64,000 nt of DNA from Paragordius varius (lineage: Eukaryota > Animalia > Nematomorpha): positions 7,874,001 through 7,938,000 of the forward strand of contig OZ176052.1 of assembly GCA_964247055.1 (NCBI GenBank), read 5' to 3'. The notes beneath the pieces are model-generated. The model saw nothing but the letters and a program-made list of their open reading frames with translations, was not told where the DNA came from and made no database searches. Numbering within the stretch: position 1 is the stretch's first letter; the number at the start of each line of letters is the position of its first letter. Both the position numbers and the translations under genes were made by a program. Positions 21,911 to 35,841 of the stretch are shown piece by piece.

Positions 21911-23614
21911 TTTGGCATAGTAAGTCCGGTTAACATTAATTGTTGTTGAGATCGCAGCATTTTTAAATTAAGTAATAACTCTGATCAGGAGGTGGATACA
22001 GTATAATTTAAATTTCTTTAGTTAACCCATTTAAACTATCATATACGATTATCTTTGCTTGCATATGTGTCTGTATTTGTCATTCAATGTTGATGATTTG
22101 AAAACATAAAAAAACATGTAAGATGAAACCGCAAATTTATATATATATATATATGTAGGTGAATACGCTTCTTTTCCTAAAAACACAAATATATTAATGA
22201 GACAGAATATATATATAGCATAACATAAAAACATTACTCTAATATATATAATATATATATTTATATAACAGTTACTCCATTTCCTTATTTATAATTATTA
22301 TTAATTTTACCTTTTACTTTTTTACTTACTTTCAATTTTTTATTTCTTTGTTGAATGACAAATAAGCATTTTCATTCAAATTTATCATATATAAAGACAT
22401 AATATAAAATAACTCTTCGTTATCTCTGATCAAATGGAATCATTTGAATCCGATTTTGCTTTTTTGTGTGATTGATTGTTAAATAACGACACTGAATGTA
22501 TATTGCAAAAGAAAATTTGGAACCCAAAAACCGGTAGATGTAAATTTGGTAGTGAATAAAACATCAAAAAGATTTGCAAAACACAGTCAATTTTAGATAA
22601 TTTTAGATGAGAAATGCATGTGCAAATTTTACCTTAAATCATGTAAAAGATTCACAAAATACGGAATTAACTGATTTACATCCGTATTCTATTTGTTATC
22701 TTATAAACTAATTCTATAAGTAAATGCATTAATAATTAATATCAAATTTCAGGCAATGCTTTACCAAAATATGGAATGAGAGTTTTATTTACCAGTAGAA
22801 TAAACGATAATAATAACTTTCAGATAAAAGGAAAATTTAATAAATAGTTTAGAAATATTTAAATAGCGGAATAAAAAATTCCTTTTCTAAAATTTTATTA
22901 CATATAATAATGCAAAAATGGTAAGATTATAAACATTTTGACATTTAGACCGTTATTTTATGCTATTTACATACATTTGTTTTTTGATAATATGGATGAT
23001 AAAATCAATCATTATGATTTTGGGTATTTAGAATATAGTATATATATCTAAAGATTTGAATAATTAAAAAATATTTTTTACACTTGATTATTTATTAATG
23101 TGTTTAAATAATTTTTAAAATTTATTATTACTAATAAAACGAATCATAAAATTAATTTTTTTTCATTAATATATATTTATATATATAAAATCGAATTAAA
23201 TTCGCTGCTATATTTAAAATTAATAAAAAACAATAATATAATAAATAATAATTTAGTTGTTAAGAATGTGAAAAGATTCGACAATGGCCTACATTCAACG
23301 CTCATCATCATATATCTATCTATATGTGCACATAATATATATATATACATATATATTTATAAATATATTTACTAAATATATTATTACAAACAGTTAAGAA
23401 AAAAATGATAAAATTGTAATATTAGTTAGACTAACGAACGGCATTTATCCTCTGATATAACTTACCCGCTTGTTGATAAGAAGAATGTGTGTATCATAAA
23501 AATATAAATACATTTTTTTTCATCTATTTTACTTTATCATCATCATAACTCATTTCATTTTTTTATCTTAGCATATTACTATTACCTGGTTGTTGGTTAA
23601 AAGAAGATTAGTTA

Positions 23615-23616
<2 letters not shown>

Positions 23617-23649
<33 letters not shown>
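23617..23649. repeat. (AT)n microsatellite; similar runs near 29660, 29740, 31127, 37290, 38683, 48480 and 55435
   Basis: Directly visible. Confidence 0.95.
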
Positions 23650-23653
<4 letters not shown>

Positions 23654-24599
23654 TATTTCCTTTTTCTTTCACTCTCTTCCCCGCTAGTAAATAAAGAAAT
23701 AAAGAAATTATTTTACTAGATTATTTTGAGTTTTGGATTTCATTTGAATAACTCTATATTCATTTATATCTTAAGCAAGTTAAGCTTTGATTATAGTTGT
23801 TCCTTCTTTTGTACAAATAGAAAATTGATGAGTCGTTCCTTATCATAATCCCCAAAATAAGATTACAGGTATGAATACATGTAAATATCCTAGTTATTAA
23901 ATATTTTAATTCTCTTTTATGATAAAAGTCGCGCGTGTTTGATTGTCTTGGATGGGTAGAGTCTGCAAGAGATACCCTGTGCTGGCGGAGACGATCAATG
24001 AGCTATATAAATTTTAAGGTTGCCCTTAACCTTAATGTTGATAAAAATTAATGAATAATCATATCTAAGTTAGTCATATACACGGTTTACTGGTAAAAAG
24101 TAAATAATAGATTGGTATTTTTCAAAAAATGGAAATTTCTTGGACCTTTTTATCATACGATTTCTTCAGTTTAATTGGGAGATTTTACTGATGCGTACCG
24201 CCTTATCCAGTGTTGTTGCGCGCCTTGGTTTTGTTAGAGCGTAAGATTTAGTTTCCTTATTCCGTTCACGGTTTTAGAACATTCAAATCAATGGCCCGTT
24301 TAAACTGTCCGGACAATCACTACGATAACAAATAATAACAAAAATTCATTTGCAAAATAATTCCTATTTTCTTACCTTACTAAAAGTAGAGATCGCATAT
24401 TTAATAAATAATATTAATAGTTGGTTATTATGACTAAAAATGCAAACAAAGAAAAAATTTTAAACAATTTTTTATATTTCGAATCTCCATAGGCAATCCA
24501 TTGTCATAAAAAATTTATCTACCGCTATATCGCATTTAGCATAAACACGCGGCCCTTCAAAAAACAGTATGAGTAATTATAGATTGCTGGAAAGTTTTT

Positions 24600-24715
24600 A
24601 ATTATTGCTTAATAGCATATGCAATAAAGAGAATTATTATTGGCTATTAATAAAATGGGAAAAAAATAACTATAAGCCAATAATACTGCCCTTTGTTGTA
24701 TATGCTATTTAGCAA
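24600..24715. repeat. Palindromic MITE-like repeat; related copy at ~3290-3420
   Basis: TTGCTTAATAGCATAT...TATTATTGGCTAT versus ATAAGCCAATAATA...ATATGCTATTTAGCAA are imperfect reverse complements. Confidence 0.55.
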
Positions 24716-25029
24716 AAATTAATAACTTTCTAGCTATGTATACTTACTCATATTGTATTCCTGCAGCTCGCGAGAAATTCCCAAAACAAAATTTTCTTAC
24801 CCCCGATTTAGCAGGTGATGTTTCCATAACAAAATATTTATAACCATATAAAATGTGGACATACACTATTGATTAATATATATGCAAGTTAGTTGTTTTA
24901 GCGAATCGCTCAACGATGATTGCCGTAAAACAATGCATATGTATTATTAAGTAAAAAAGAAACTTTTAAAGATAAAAATGAAAAAGTTAAAAAAACCAGT
25001 TTAAATGGGTTGCATTGCGTTTAATTACC

Positions 25030-25560
25030 TTACTATAAAAAAGATGAACCATATAGTTGACAGGTCCATTGTCCTTATTTTAAGCCTCATGTTTTTAGTT
25101 TTTGTTAAATTTTAATGTTTTTGATATCAACATTATTTATTGGATGTAGTTGTGTACAAATATGTTTTGATAGGCCATATAGAGGTGGATTTGCCTTTCC
25201 TAATGTATTGCTCATTTTCTTTTATCTGATGGATATGGTTCCTCCAGATTCGTCAATATAAATTTCTTGACAGTTGCAGGAGATTGCATAAATCCCTGAA
25301 AGTTGTTTTTTGAACGTCTTTGTATTTGGTAAAGTTAAACAAATTTTTAGGTGGTAAACTGTTCATATATATTGTTTTACGGCAAACATCGTTATGTGAT
25401 CCGGAAAAACAAATTACTTAGATATACGTTTTAATTGCCTATGTTCCCGTTTTCTTTTTGGTTAAAATTATTTTGAATATATGTATAGCGGTATAGACTG
25501 GATTTTTTATGACAATAGATGCTAATCCTATCCGAAAATTTAAAAATTGTTTTTAATTTT
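25030..25560 (-). mobile_element. Penelope-like element remnant (GIY-YIG endonuclease)
   Basis: The minus strand reads GIYAISCNCQEIYIDESGGTISIR then, after a break, EQYIRKG. This matches the Penelope pattern YxIxCxCxxxYIGxTxRxxxxRxxEH. Stops and frameshifts are present. Confidence 0.65.
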
Positions 25561-25799
25561 TCTTGTTTTATCATTTTTGGTCATAAAATATTATATTAGA
25601 ACTTAATAGCACAACATAAATGATTAAGCATTAATATATTTTTACAATATTTTCATGCTTTATATAGGGAATTCACTAACAATTTTATTCCCGACGTTAA
25701 TTTGATAAATAATAAGTTGTATGGAAGTTAAAACTAATGACTCTGACCAGTTAATGTTTTAAAATAATGTTACATTTTTTAACACACCGTAGAGCACAA

Positions 25800-26560
25800 A
25801 ATTTGGAATATCCTATAATGAAAAGCGAAATGGGCCTAAAAAGGGCATTTGCGACTATTACTTCCGAAGAAAAAGGCTGTTAAAAATATCGTTTTTAGTG
25901 GATGGTGATTGTCCATCGATTAACATGTGCGACGCGATTTGGAATATTGAAAATTTGTGATCATAATGTGAAAGAGAGTGGATACTTTGGTAGACCACAG
26001 AATTGCGAAAACGATAGGTTACATATTAGTTGATGACCTAACTCAGCGGCCATTCTTTACATGAAACACAAAAACAATCATTATGTCTGCGGTCTTTGGG
26101 AGGGACCAAAAAACTTGATAAAATGGTCCCCCATAATTAGAATGAACGTCAAATCGAAAATCTTAAAATGATTTGGATCATGTTTCAACGTCAAGAAAGG
26201 AGATCCATTTTGTATAGAATTGTGACGGGTATGAGTGCTGACAATATTTTATAAATTCAAAGCGGGAAAAATTAGGATTTAATCATGCCCAGCTGGTCCA
26301 TTTACCCCAAAGTCAGCCTTGGCAAGACAATCATACCTGTTGGTGTGACCAGAACGGTATTTTGTATTTAATAATTGGCACAAATGGGGCACACACTCGC
26401 AGATCAGCACTTCAATAATTTCAAAGGCGTTGGAATGGCTTTTAAATAGTTTTACCCCAAAGATATTTTCAGAGCGACCGAGAAAAGAATAGAAGCTGAT
26501 GAGAAATATTTTGGTCAAAACAGATGATGGATTTTTTTTAAATCAGGTATTTAAAATCGT
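25800..26560 (+). pseudogene. Mariner transposase remnant
   Basis: Fragments resembling KLDK(W)VPHxL, DPF/LYRIVTG(D)E and WDQNGILY across frameshifts. Confidence 0.65.
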
Positions 26561-26679
26561 CGTATAACTGTTGGTGAATAAAATTAATTGAATGTTATCC
26601 CGTAAACTACACCATATTAATCTTGGTTTTATCAAATATAATTATCAAGTTATATTGGAATATATCAAACCCAAACAGA

Positions 26680-26800
26680 GCCTACTTCAAAAATTATTAC
26701 CTTGCAGCTCATATTTTTCGGCCATGTGATGAGAGCCGACAACATAGAAAAAGTGATCATGTTAGGCCAGTAGAAGGGGCTAGCGAGCGTGGCTAAACTA
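26680..26800 (+). mobile_element. RTE-like LINE 3' fragment
   Basis: Reads QLIFFGHVMRADNIEKVIMLG..EGASERG across a frameshift. Confidence 0.55.
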
Positions 26801-28289
26801 CGATATTTAGTACAGATATAAAATTACAGCATTTTCAATCCATCAAATCGCATATATATGTATCAACAGGACGCTATGGTCCAGGGTGTCTTTACTGCCC
26901 CAGAGTTTGTTTTCAAACTATGGGAAATCCATTATCATCAAATATCAAGTATACGTTTACTATATAATTTTTAAAAAAAATAAATATTAAAGTTGATAAA
27001 GACTGAAAAGGATATTCTAATTCTGTGTAAATCCAGAAAATGCGTTAAAATATTTTTAATCTGTGGATCCAATTTTTATTGAGATCAGGTCTATAGTGAT
27101 TCAAACCAGCTGGACCCACTCAATTTTATAATTTATTTCTCAATGACCTCTTTGAGTTATTATGAATCGGCCTTTTTTTATAAGCAGTAAATGAGACACT
27201 TATTAATTAGATAATTGAAAAATAAAGTAAACATAAATTTTTGATAGTACTGAGAACTATATATATAATTATATATACTAAGTTCTCCTCCTCTTTAAAT
27301 CATTGAAGCTTAATGAATGGCTAAAATATTATTTAAATCTTTTTTTTACTAATATTTTGCCATTCTCGATTTAAATTACATATAATCGTGTGAATTGTAA
27401 AAAGTTTTAAAGAATTGTTAAAAATACATACAATAAGAAAATGTTTTTTCTTTTCATGAAAATGTATAAAAAGGCAATAGCTTTAAGAAAATTAACTTTG
27501 ATTTGAAATAAAATTCATATCCCCACATCTAATAATTCATAATGTTTACTTTACTGGAATTAAAAAATGTTAATACATTTTACTGTCACAAAGTCCGTTT
27601 GTTGTAGTTTTTCTGGGAACCTGCGCAGTTGTCCCTGAAAACTAGTGTTACTTAAATTTTAGTGAGAGTTTAAATTTGAATAAAAGTGTTTAAGGCGTTT
27701 TAATATTATTATTGTCATTTAAGCTTAGAGAAGATTTATACATGAGATATATAAAAATTTACAATCATTATTTTACGAAAGTAAAATAAATAAAAAAATC
27801 CTCAAAACCCTTTTAAATTTGATTCCATATAATCACACTAATTAGCTTTCATTCCATGTTTTCTTCTTGTTACTGTAAACTTTGTTTTTATATTTGATAA
27901 TTGTGTCACCTCAAAATTAATTAATAAAATTACATGGAAAATTCTTTAAAAAATCTTTTGTTCAATTAACGATTCAAAAAATTTTAAGAAAAACACTTTA
28001 ATTCAAAGGTTTTCTCTTAATCCCTTGACCCCGTATAATCAAATTTTTACAATAATACGCTAGTCATAAGTTTTTAAGGGTTTATCTAAAAGGTAACATC
28101 AGAGAAAAGTACGTTGATTAATTAATTATCAACCTTATTTTATAAAATAAATTCTGGGCTTCAGAGCGAGATTAATATAATTATATATTTATTTATTATA
28201 TTTCATTTAGATTAGTATAAACTTCATCAGATATCTTAAGCCCCTTATATATTTTATAAAATTTAAAGAAGCGAATCGAACCTCTCAAA

Positions 28290-29200
28290 CCTTATTTTGT
28301 CCATCAGACATTAAACGACAAACACTTACAAGTTCAGCTCGCAAAACAACGTTTTTAGTTTATCATTTAGTAACGTGGGATTTTATGCCTGAAAAAGAAC
28401 TTTGTGGCATGCATTGCGAAAAGCTGCTGATTGTTTGCTGGCAGCAAGAACATAAAAGTTGTGATAACATATAAAAGAGTGTAAAGTTTGAGAGTAATTG
28501 GTTGATGATTCAAAGAAGCATTACATGTATCACAAAAAACGATACCAGATGTCTAGGGAATTGGAAATGACCAATAAACATGGTAATCTTGTCCCACACA
28601 ATTTAATGAATGTTACATCGATAATTGCAAAGTGACTTGTGGAATCCTGCTTCAACGTCATGAAAAGAACATTTTTGCATCGAATTGAGACGAGTGATGA
28701 GAAATATAGTTTTATTTTGTAATTCTAAATCAAAATCGTGACTTTCACCGTGCCAATCCGGTACATCAACACCAATCGCTTAGACAAGTAGACAGTACTC
28801 TGCACCTGGTATGAACCAAAACGATATTTTGTGTTATGAACTTTGAACCGAGGAAAGTAATGCACAAGCTATTTCAAAGGATCAATTTAAACCATACATT
28901 AATCTAAAACTACCGGAATGGGTTGGAAGTCTAGGCAATCCATTTTGCTACATAATAGTGCCGCGACTCACACAGAAATCAGTAAAAGACACCCTGAACC
29001 GCTGAAATCTCCTGACCTGGTGCTATCTGATAAATTCAGCTTTAATGGGCTACATCACAGCGCAACATTTCAATAATCTGAAGTAAAAAATGGCTTGATG
29101 AATGAGTTTCCGTAAATGACGATCGGGTTCTAGCACGGAATTTGGATTTACCTGAGAAATGGGCAAACTGTATAAAAGCCGCTGCACAATTTTTAAAATA
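28290..29200 (+). pseudogene. Mariner (Mos1-like) transposase remnant
   Basis: Fragments LVPHNL, FLHRIETSDEK, ILLHNSAATH, SPDLVLSD and LPEKWANCI match mariner WVPHEL, RIVTGDEKW, LLHDNAxPH, YSPDLAPSD and LPERW motifs. Confidence 0.75.
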
Positions 29201-29735
29201 ATAAATAATTAATTTTCCAAATTTACATGGTTTTCATGTATATAACAAAATTAAATACACACGCATTCATTGATGGAATGCCCGATATTCATGAAAGAGC
29301 ATTTATTATTAGATACGAAATGTAATGGAAGGAAGAAGATCTATTAGTATATAACATTATTTTTTTAGAAAAAAATATTTTTTAGAGTATATCGATTTAT
29401 TTTTTGTGTAACCTTCCAATATGTATAATTCTGATAATTATTCATAATCGATTGATCATTACTATTAACACATAAATTATGCATACAACAATGATTACAA
29501 ATTTTTTTGTATATCATTTAGACCTTATAAAAAAACTCTACAACACAATCTAATACATTACGCGCATTAATAAACATTCAACGGATAATTTTCATTTTTT
29601 ACATTTTGCCAAGATTTTATAAAAATTGACCAATATAAATATTAAATGAAATTGTGGTATATATATATATATATATATATTAATGAGTCATATAATAGTA
29701 TTGTATCTTCTTTATTAATAAAAATGGCTGTGTTA

Positions 29736-29766
<31 letters not shown>

Positions 29767-32500
29767 GCTAAATGCTCACCAAAATATTTTAATTTATTTA
29801 ATTGATTTATATCAGCGGAATCATGAGAACTTTTTGAAATAAATAAATATTAAATTTTTTTTGGTAAAATGTTTGAAAGGTTTCTAAGGTTAATTAATTG
29901 CATTTTAATCCATACATCTAATTTGCCTGTTGCATTGGCGATTTCCCAAAGCTAAAAATGGCGAAGAAGTTTGACATGAAGATTTGAAAATTTTATATAA
30001 TTTAAATAATATTTTTTGAATCCACAAACCCTACAATGTATGTCTTAATTATTGTTTAAAATGTTGGAATTTAAATTCGCTTTTGGATACGAAATTACCC
30101 TAAAAGCTAATGAAGTGTTAAACAAATATATTTGGCACGGTTGTACATTTTCACCTATTTTCCATGCATGTTATTAGAAAAAATATTTACATTATATTTG
30201 TTAAAAATAGACGAAGGACCATGGTTGGTTATAGTATCACTAGAGGAAGGATTTACGAGTTAATAAATTACAATTTGATATTAATACACTGCTTTTTTAT
30301 ATCCTATATATATGTATATATATGCGACAAAATATATTGATTTATTATTACAATGATAACGTACGTGGTGTTTAGGATGCATGTTTGTATTTTATTTAAA
30401 TGTTTTGTGCAAAAAAAACCAACCAACTATAAAAAAAAATATAAAAAATATCCATCGCGAAAATTATATATCTATTAGCATGTAACATATCTTAAGGTGA
30501 CAAGCTCCCCTGGCTGTCCCAACTAATTTCATTGATGTTTGCATTTATTTTTTAGGTGTCTTATATTTTTTAGTAGTTAATTCATTACTATTAAACACAA
30601 GGAAGCTATACTTTAGGCACCTTTAGTTGTGTTTTCTTTTGTATTAAAGTTAATAGGCCGTTAAAATTAATTAGGCAAATAGCTTGCATTTCTTTTGTGC
30701 TAAAAGATTTCTTGTTTTTGCTCGTTTGGCGCGGCATTAAACCTAAAAATTTAGTTTTAACGGTGACGAAGATTTGAAAGTAGCCAAAAAATAATTGTAC
30801 AAAAAATTTATAAAAACCGTAAACTATTAGCGAAATTTGTGGCATTATGATCTTAATTTTCTACATTATTGACCATAATTTTAAAGCTCCTAGTTATATA
30901 TTATCTAAAATAATTGCTTTATTTCCTAAACATTATTGTAGTTTCATATTTATCAACCAATACAATGCTATAACATACCATATATTTCCGATAAACTTTT
31001 GTGGTGTGCGACACAGCGTATAAATAATTTTTCCAACCAAATTTTTCCATGTCATTCACTAATAACCAACCAACCACACCATTCATTATTTCATTCAAAA
31101 CAAAAATTTGACAAGCTAGGAAAGAATATATATATATATATATACATTAAACAAACATAGCAATGATCTTAAGTAAAATATTACCATATCCTCCCAATCA
31201 ATTGTGTCGTGTCTTTTTTGTCTCTTCTATATTTTCATTTAAACAATTGTTATTGAAGACCTTTCTTTAAGTATAATCTAATATAATATTTTTTTGTCGC
31301 GATTGATTCAAAGGCTCTAATTAGTATATCCAGTTGTCCAATTTTTTTTCAAATATAATATTTATATCGTATCCATCTATTCCGATATATATATATTCAT
31401 GCTTAAATATTATCGTGATAGAGGATTGCTGGGTATTTTTTCCAAGATCTCCTTTATTTCCCCCCATTAATATTATTAATCGTAAATGATACCATAAAAT
31501 TTTCATCTATTTTTTTTATTTATCCTAACGTAAATTTTTATCTATAATTGAAAAATGTTTACGACAATAAAAGCCACATCCCTCAGTACAGGTATGGGTC
31601 GGGATGACGAAAATAAACGGCAACAGAGAGGTATTTTTTTGAATTTTTCCTTTAAAAAGTACATCAGTCAAAAGTATTTAGAAAACTATTAATTTTCTAT
31701 TAAAATTTTATTAATTACCCTAAACTTAAACTCCTGATATTCGACTGTATAATTTAATTTTCATTTAAGATCATTTAACCAGATGGTATTGGAACCGCGA
31801 GGAACTAGGTTCGGTTTGAAAATCTATGTAGAGTTATTTTTTTATCATTCAAATGTTATATATATTAAATCATATTCTATGTATTGCAGATTGATTGAAT
31901 TATAGTTTCTTTCAACTAGCATAATAATAATAATTTATTTGTTAATCTCTTCCATTAGTGATTCAAAATAAAAAATAAGCATTTGTTCGCTGAATTTTGT
32001 CGTCCAAAATATTTCATTTTCATTTTGATAATGCATTTGCGGACCCTGTCTTACTCATGTATGGAACGAAATCAATTGTCATTAAAAGCATGAAAGATTA
32101 AAACATGAGTTGATTAAAATTTAATAAAGGGAAGTAATTAGAATTCTGATAGCAAAAATCAAATTTATAAATTAATTGCATTCTACTCATTTTATTGTAT
32201 GCAACGAAAATAACTTATATATAATATTTATTAATAAAAATTCTGATTTATAATGGTTGATTTTCACTTATTAAAAAAAGATACACTATATTGTTAAACT
32301 TTTTCTAATCATTTAATTAATATTAATGAAAAATTTTATTTGCTTTATGAATTACACCTGTGCAAAGAAAGACAAAAGGATCTTTTTCCTAATCATCTGA
32401 CATATACTTACCGCGTCTGTATGAATTTGTGGCATCCTTATATATAAAACCTATACATACTAAAAGCAGAAAACGTATATTTCATTGTTAAAGTATACAC

Positions 32501-35120
32501 CAGTGGTACTCACCAAAAAAATTTGACGGGCCAAATAAAATATATTTTTTTTTCGAGGGCCATGAACCTGAATATGGCAAATATTCCATAGCTATTTGAC
32601 ACATATGCACATATTTAACTCTAAATCAGCACAATTTTTGCGGATCGCATGTAAATCCAGCTTAAAACGCGTTTTGCACCATTTAGTTTAAAAAATTTAA
32701 ATATTTTGATAACATTTATTTTGATATTAACCAATAATTTTTGACAAATTCGGTTTCGCCTCATGACAGGCCAATCTTAACATGTCGGTTATTTGATTCG
32801 GTTAAGCGATTTATGTATGTATTCTTGACATATTTCATTTTCGAATATGCCGTCTCACACGTGTAAGTTGAGGGAAAAACAGTTAGGATAACTTGAGCAC
32901 ATTTTTTATATTTTCATATTTATTTGGCACATCTTGCCAAAACCCACATCTTTCTTCGCTACGATTTCCTTGAATATAGACTCCGAATTAGAATAATTTT
33001 TAGAATCTATCTATGATATGCGCCTGATCAAACCGAAATGTTTAAGTTGCTTACTATTGGATATATACATATGCCATGACAACGAGTTTTAAGGAATTTT
33101 TAAATATTTCTTTCTCGAAATTTGAACTCATTAGATAGAAATGTTAAATGATTGTCTGTTAATAAATAAATCTCCGCAGTAAATTCCATATTTTCCTAAT
33201 GAATCGTTTTAAATGTTGGAAAATATGGGAGTGTATTTATAAATCTTGTTTATATATTATTAATTTTTCTTCAAAAGCAAATATTTTAAAAGCAAATTGG
33301 ATTATTTTGCTCCCTTGAAGACTTGTATGTTAGTCATGTCGCAAAGGCAGGCTATTAATCAGAAGTTGTTTTAAACGGAGGTTTAATTCTCTGCCACGGA
33401 TGTGGTTAACAAGTTTTGCTGATGAATAAAGCAGGGAAAGGATAAAATATTTTGCAAAATTTTTTGTTTTTTCAAAGACGAATAAATTCTTTGTTTATTT
33501 CAATCATAGAGGGACAGCCATCTGTTCAGATCGAAACCGATTTCATAGATATACCATTATCATCGTAAAAAGTTCTAATTATTTCGAGAAAATCGATTTC
33601 TTTCGTGTATTCTTCATTGGTAAAAATTTTAAATATTCCTCGTTGATTATGTTGTCCTTACATATGAGGCAGGTAACAACATTTTTATTTAAAACGACAA
33701 AAAAATTTTCTTCCCATTCTTTTATAAAGGAACGATTATCATCGGATAATTTACGTTTTTTACCATTAGATGTCATCTTTTGAATTTATGTTTAAATATT
33801 ATGTAAATTTTTTCAAAAAATAGGAATATGATTTGAATTATCCTATAACAAACAGGTCGAAACTTAATGATCTTGATTTGAAAAATTTTTTATGGGCATA
33901 AGTTATTAAAAATGATGCATAGCAATGAAAAGAATATGTATATGGATGTTTGGGTGAAAGGCTTGCTTAAATACAAAAAGAATGGAACAAAAATTTCAAA
34001 ATAGAAAAGAAAATAGAATACAGAAAGAGAAACAACGTATGCCAAAATTTTAAAATCATTTTAATGTAGGGAAATTTTTCTACATTTCAAATTGGGTAAA
34101 AAGTAAAACGAAATTAATTTTAGAGAAAATAAATAATTAAAATAAGCGAATATTTGTCTATGTCTACATCAATAAAAAAAATAATTTAAGTATCAATATG
34201 ATCATAGGGCAATTTTAAAGCACTCTTAGGGCCGCCTGCGGCCCGCGGGCCGCGGTTTGAGTATCACTGAATCAGAAAGTTGAAGTTTTTTAATTTGCCT
34301 CATGATTTGATCTTTATTATGGAATTTATCAAATAAAAAAGTGCAACCATTTATTAAACATTCTTTAATTAGTTGGGAATCAGTAAACGGTTTCATATTT
34401 TTTCCTAGAATATAGCAAATTTCATACGAAGCTAATGTTACAGCTTTTTCCTGGGAAAAAGCTATGGCCATAATAGATTTTTCTTTCTCGTATAATTCCT
34501 TAAAATTTTTATATTTTTCATTTCTTTCCTCAAGATTTTCTGGTAATTTATGAGAATGATGGATTTTAAAATGTCTTTCAATATTGTATTTTTTTATAAT
34601 TATATTGTCCTTGCATATAAGGCAGGTAGCAACATTGTTATTTAAAACCACAAAAAAATTAGTTTCCCATTCTTTTTTAAAAGAGCGATTTTCATCGGAT
34701 AATTTACGTTTTTTGGCATTAGATGTCATCCTTTAAATTTATGTTTAAATATTATGTAAAAAAATAGGAATATAAATTGAATTATGCAATAAAAAACAGG
34801 TCGAAATTTAATGATATTGAGTTGAAAATATTTTATGAGAATGAGTTTTAAAAATGATGCAGGATAGCAATGAAATGTATGTGCAATGGGTGAAAACAAA
34901 AAAGAAATGCAATAAAAATTTCAAAAAGAAAAGAAGAAGAAACAACGTGTGCCCATAAATCATAAATTTTAAAATCATTTTAATGTAGGAAATTTTTCTA
35001 CATTTCAAATTGGGTAAAAAATAAATATTGTTTAAAAAAAATTAAATATCAGTCATAGTGCATTTTTAAAGCACACTTAGGGCCGCATGCGGCCCGCGGG
35101 CCGCGGTTTGAGTATCACTG
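32501..35120 (-). mobile_element. Composite hAT (Buster/SPIN-like) transposon with two tandem 5' ends and a perfect 8-bp TSD
   Basis: TIRs CAGTGGTACTCACC (32501) and CAGTGATACTCAAA (reverse complement, ending 35120). TSD GTATACAC at 32493-32500 and 35121-35128. An extra internal TIR ends at 34269. Transposase remnants: N-terminus (34270-34729, 33645-33776), TDGCPSM..CFIHQQ core (~33400-33540), STYTCETAYSKMKYVK C-terminus (~32750-32870). Confidence 0.9.
34226..34729 (-). pseudogene. Truncated hAT transposase N-terminus (GTF2IRD2/SPIN-like), about 153 aa before running into a TIR
   Basis: KRKLSDENRSFKKEW..CLICK....KKYNIERHF..H..ASYEICYILGKNMKPFTD..IKECL is typical of Buster-family transposases. 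Confidence 0.85.
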
Positions 35121-35249
35121 GTATACACTATCATACCTCTTTTGCCATTTAGCCTGACCATTAAAAAGCCTATAGATAAAATAGAGATATATGTTAATGT
35201 ATGCTTAAAAAATACTTACTATTTATAAATATATGCTAATGGTTTGTAT

Positions 35250-35841
35250 TTAACACTTCGATTCAAATTTAGTTTGGGGTATCTAAATACCCCAGACTAA
35301 ATTTGAGTTTGGGTTTTTAAAAAACTACTGAATGAAACGGTCCCAATTTAAATTTATGCTTCTATCCTAATAAATTTATATAAATATGGCAAAATATCTA
35401 AATAAATTTTTTTTTTAAAAAAAAAGTTCCATGTTAAACTACTTAAACGCCATTTTTATTTTACAAAATTTTTGCAAAATATCGTCTTCATTTAATTTTA
35501 AGCGTAAAATTAAAGCTAATTTTTTATTTAAATTACATCTAACATTGATAGAAATAAAAAGCGGTATATTTTGTATTATTTTTCAATTTTAACATTGCAC
35601 ACATGTCACGTTGATTAAATTTTACCTTTCGGTTTTAGCTTTAAAAAAGTAATATCAAGTATTTTTGAATTAAATTTTTTATCTATTTCGGTTTATTAAT
35701 GTAATATAAGTGCAAAATTTTGCCATGGTTTCGATTCCTTCCATATTTTTAAAAGAATTTAATTTTAAACAGGCCTGGGGTTTTTAACTACCCCAATTTG
35801 AATCGAATGACTAAAATGAATGTGTTGTATCCAAGTGTTAA
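35250..35841 (+). mobile_element. Family A MITE copy 5, intact with TTAA at both ends
   Basis: TTAA-CACTTCGATTCAA ... TTGTATCCAAGTG-TTAA. Confidence 0.9.

Noticed and set aside
23849-23893. 25-nt GTATGA...CCTAG after CAG (23869-23893), and minus-strand donor-like sites at 23465 and ~23585
   Set aside because: Flanking frames close quickly and show no homology. They could be UTR splicing (for example of KLF) but this cannot be supported from sequence alone.
28170-28235. Minus-strand CTGATGA...GAAA-TATA..TATA-TA resembling a type I hammerhead
   Set aside because: Stem I has only 2 bp and stem II is weak. Such A/T stems arise easily by chance here.
31321-31506. ORF with IILMGGNKGDL resembling a Ras G4 motif (GNKxD)
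   Set aside because: No P-loop or other GTPase exons found nearby, and the rest of the ORF is low-complexity.
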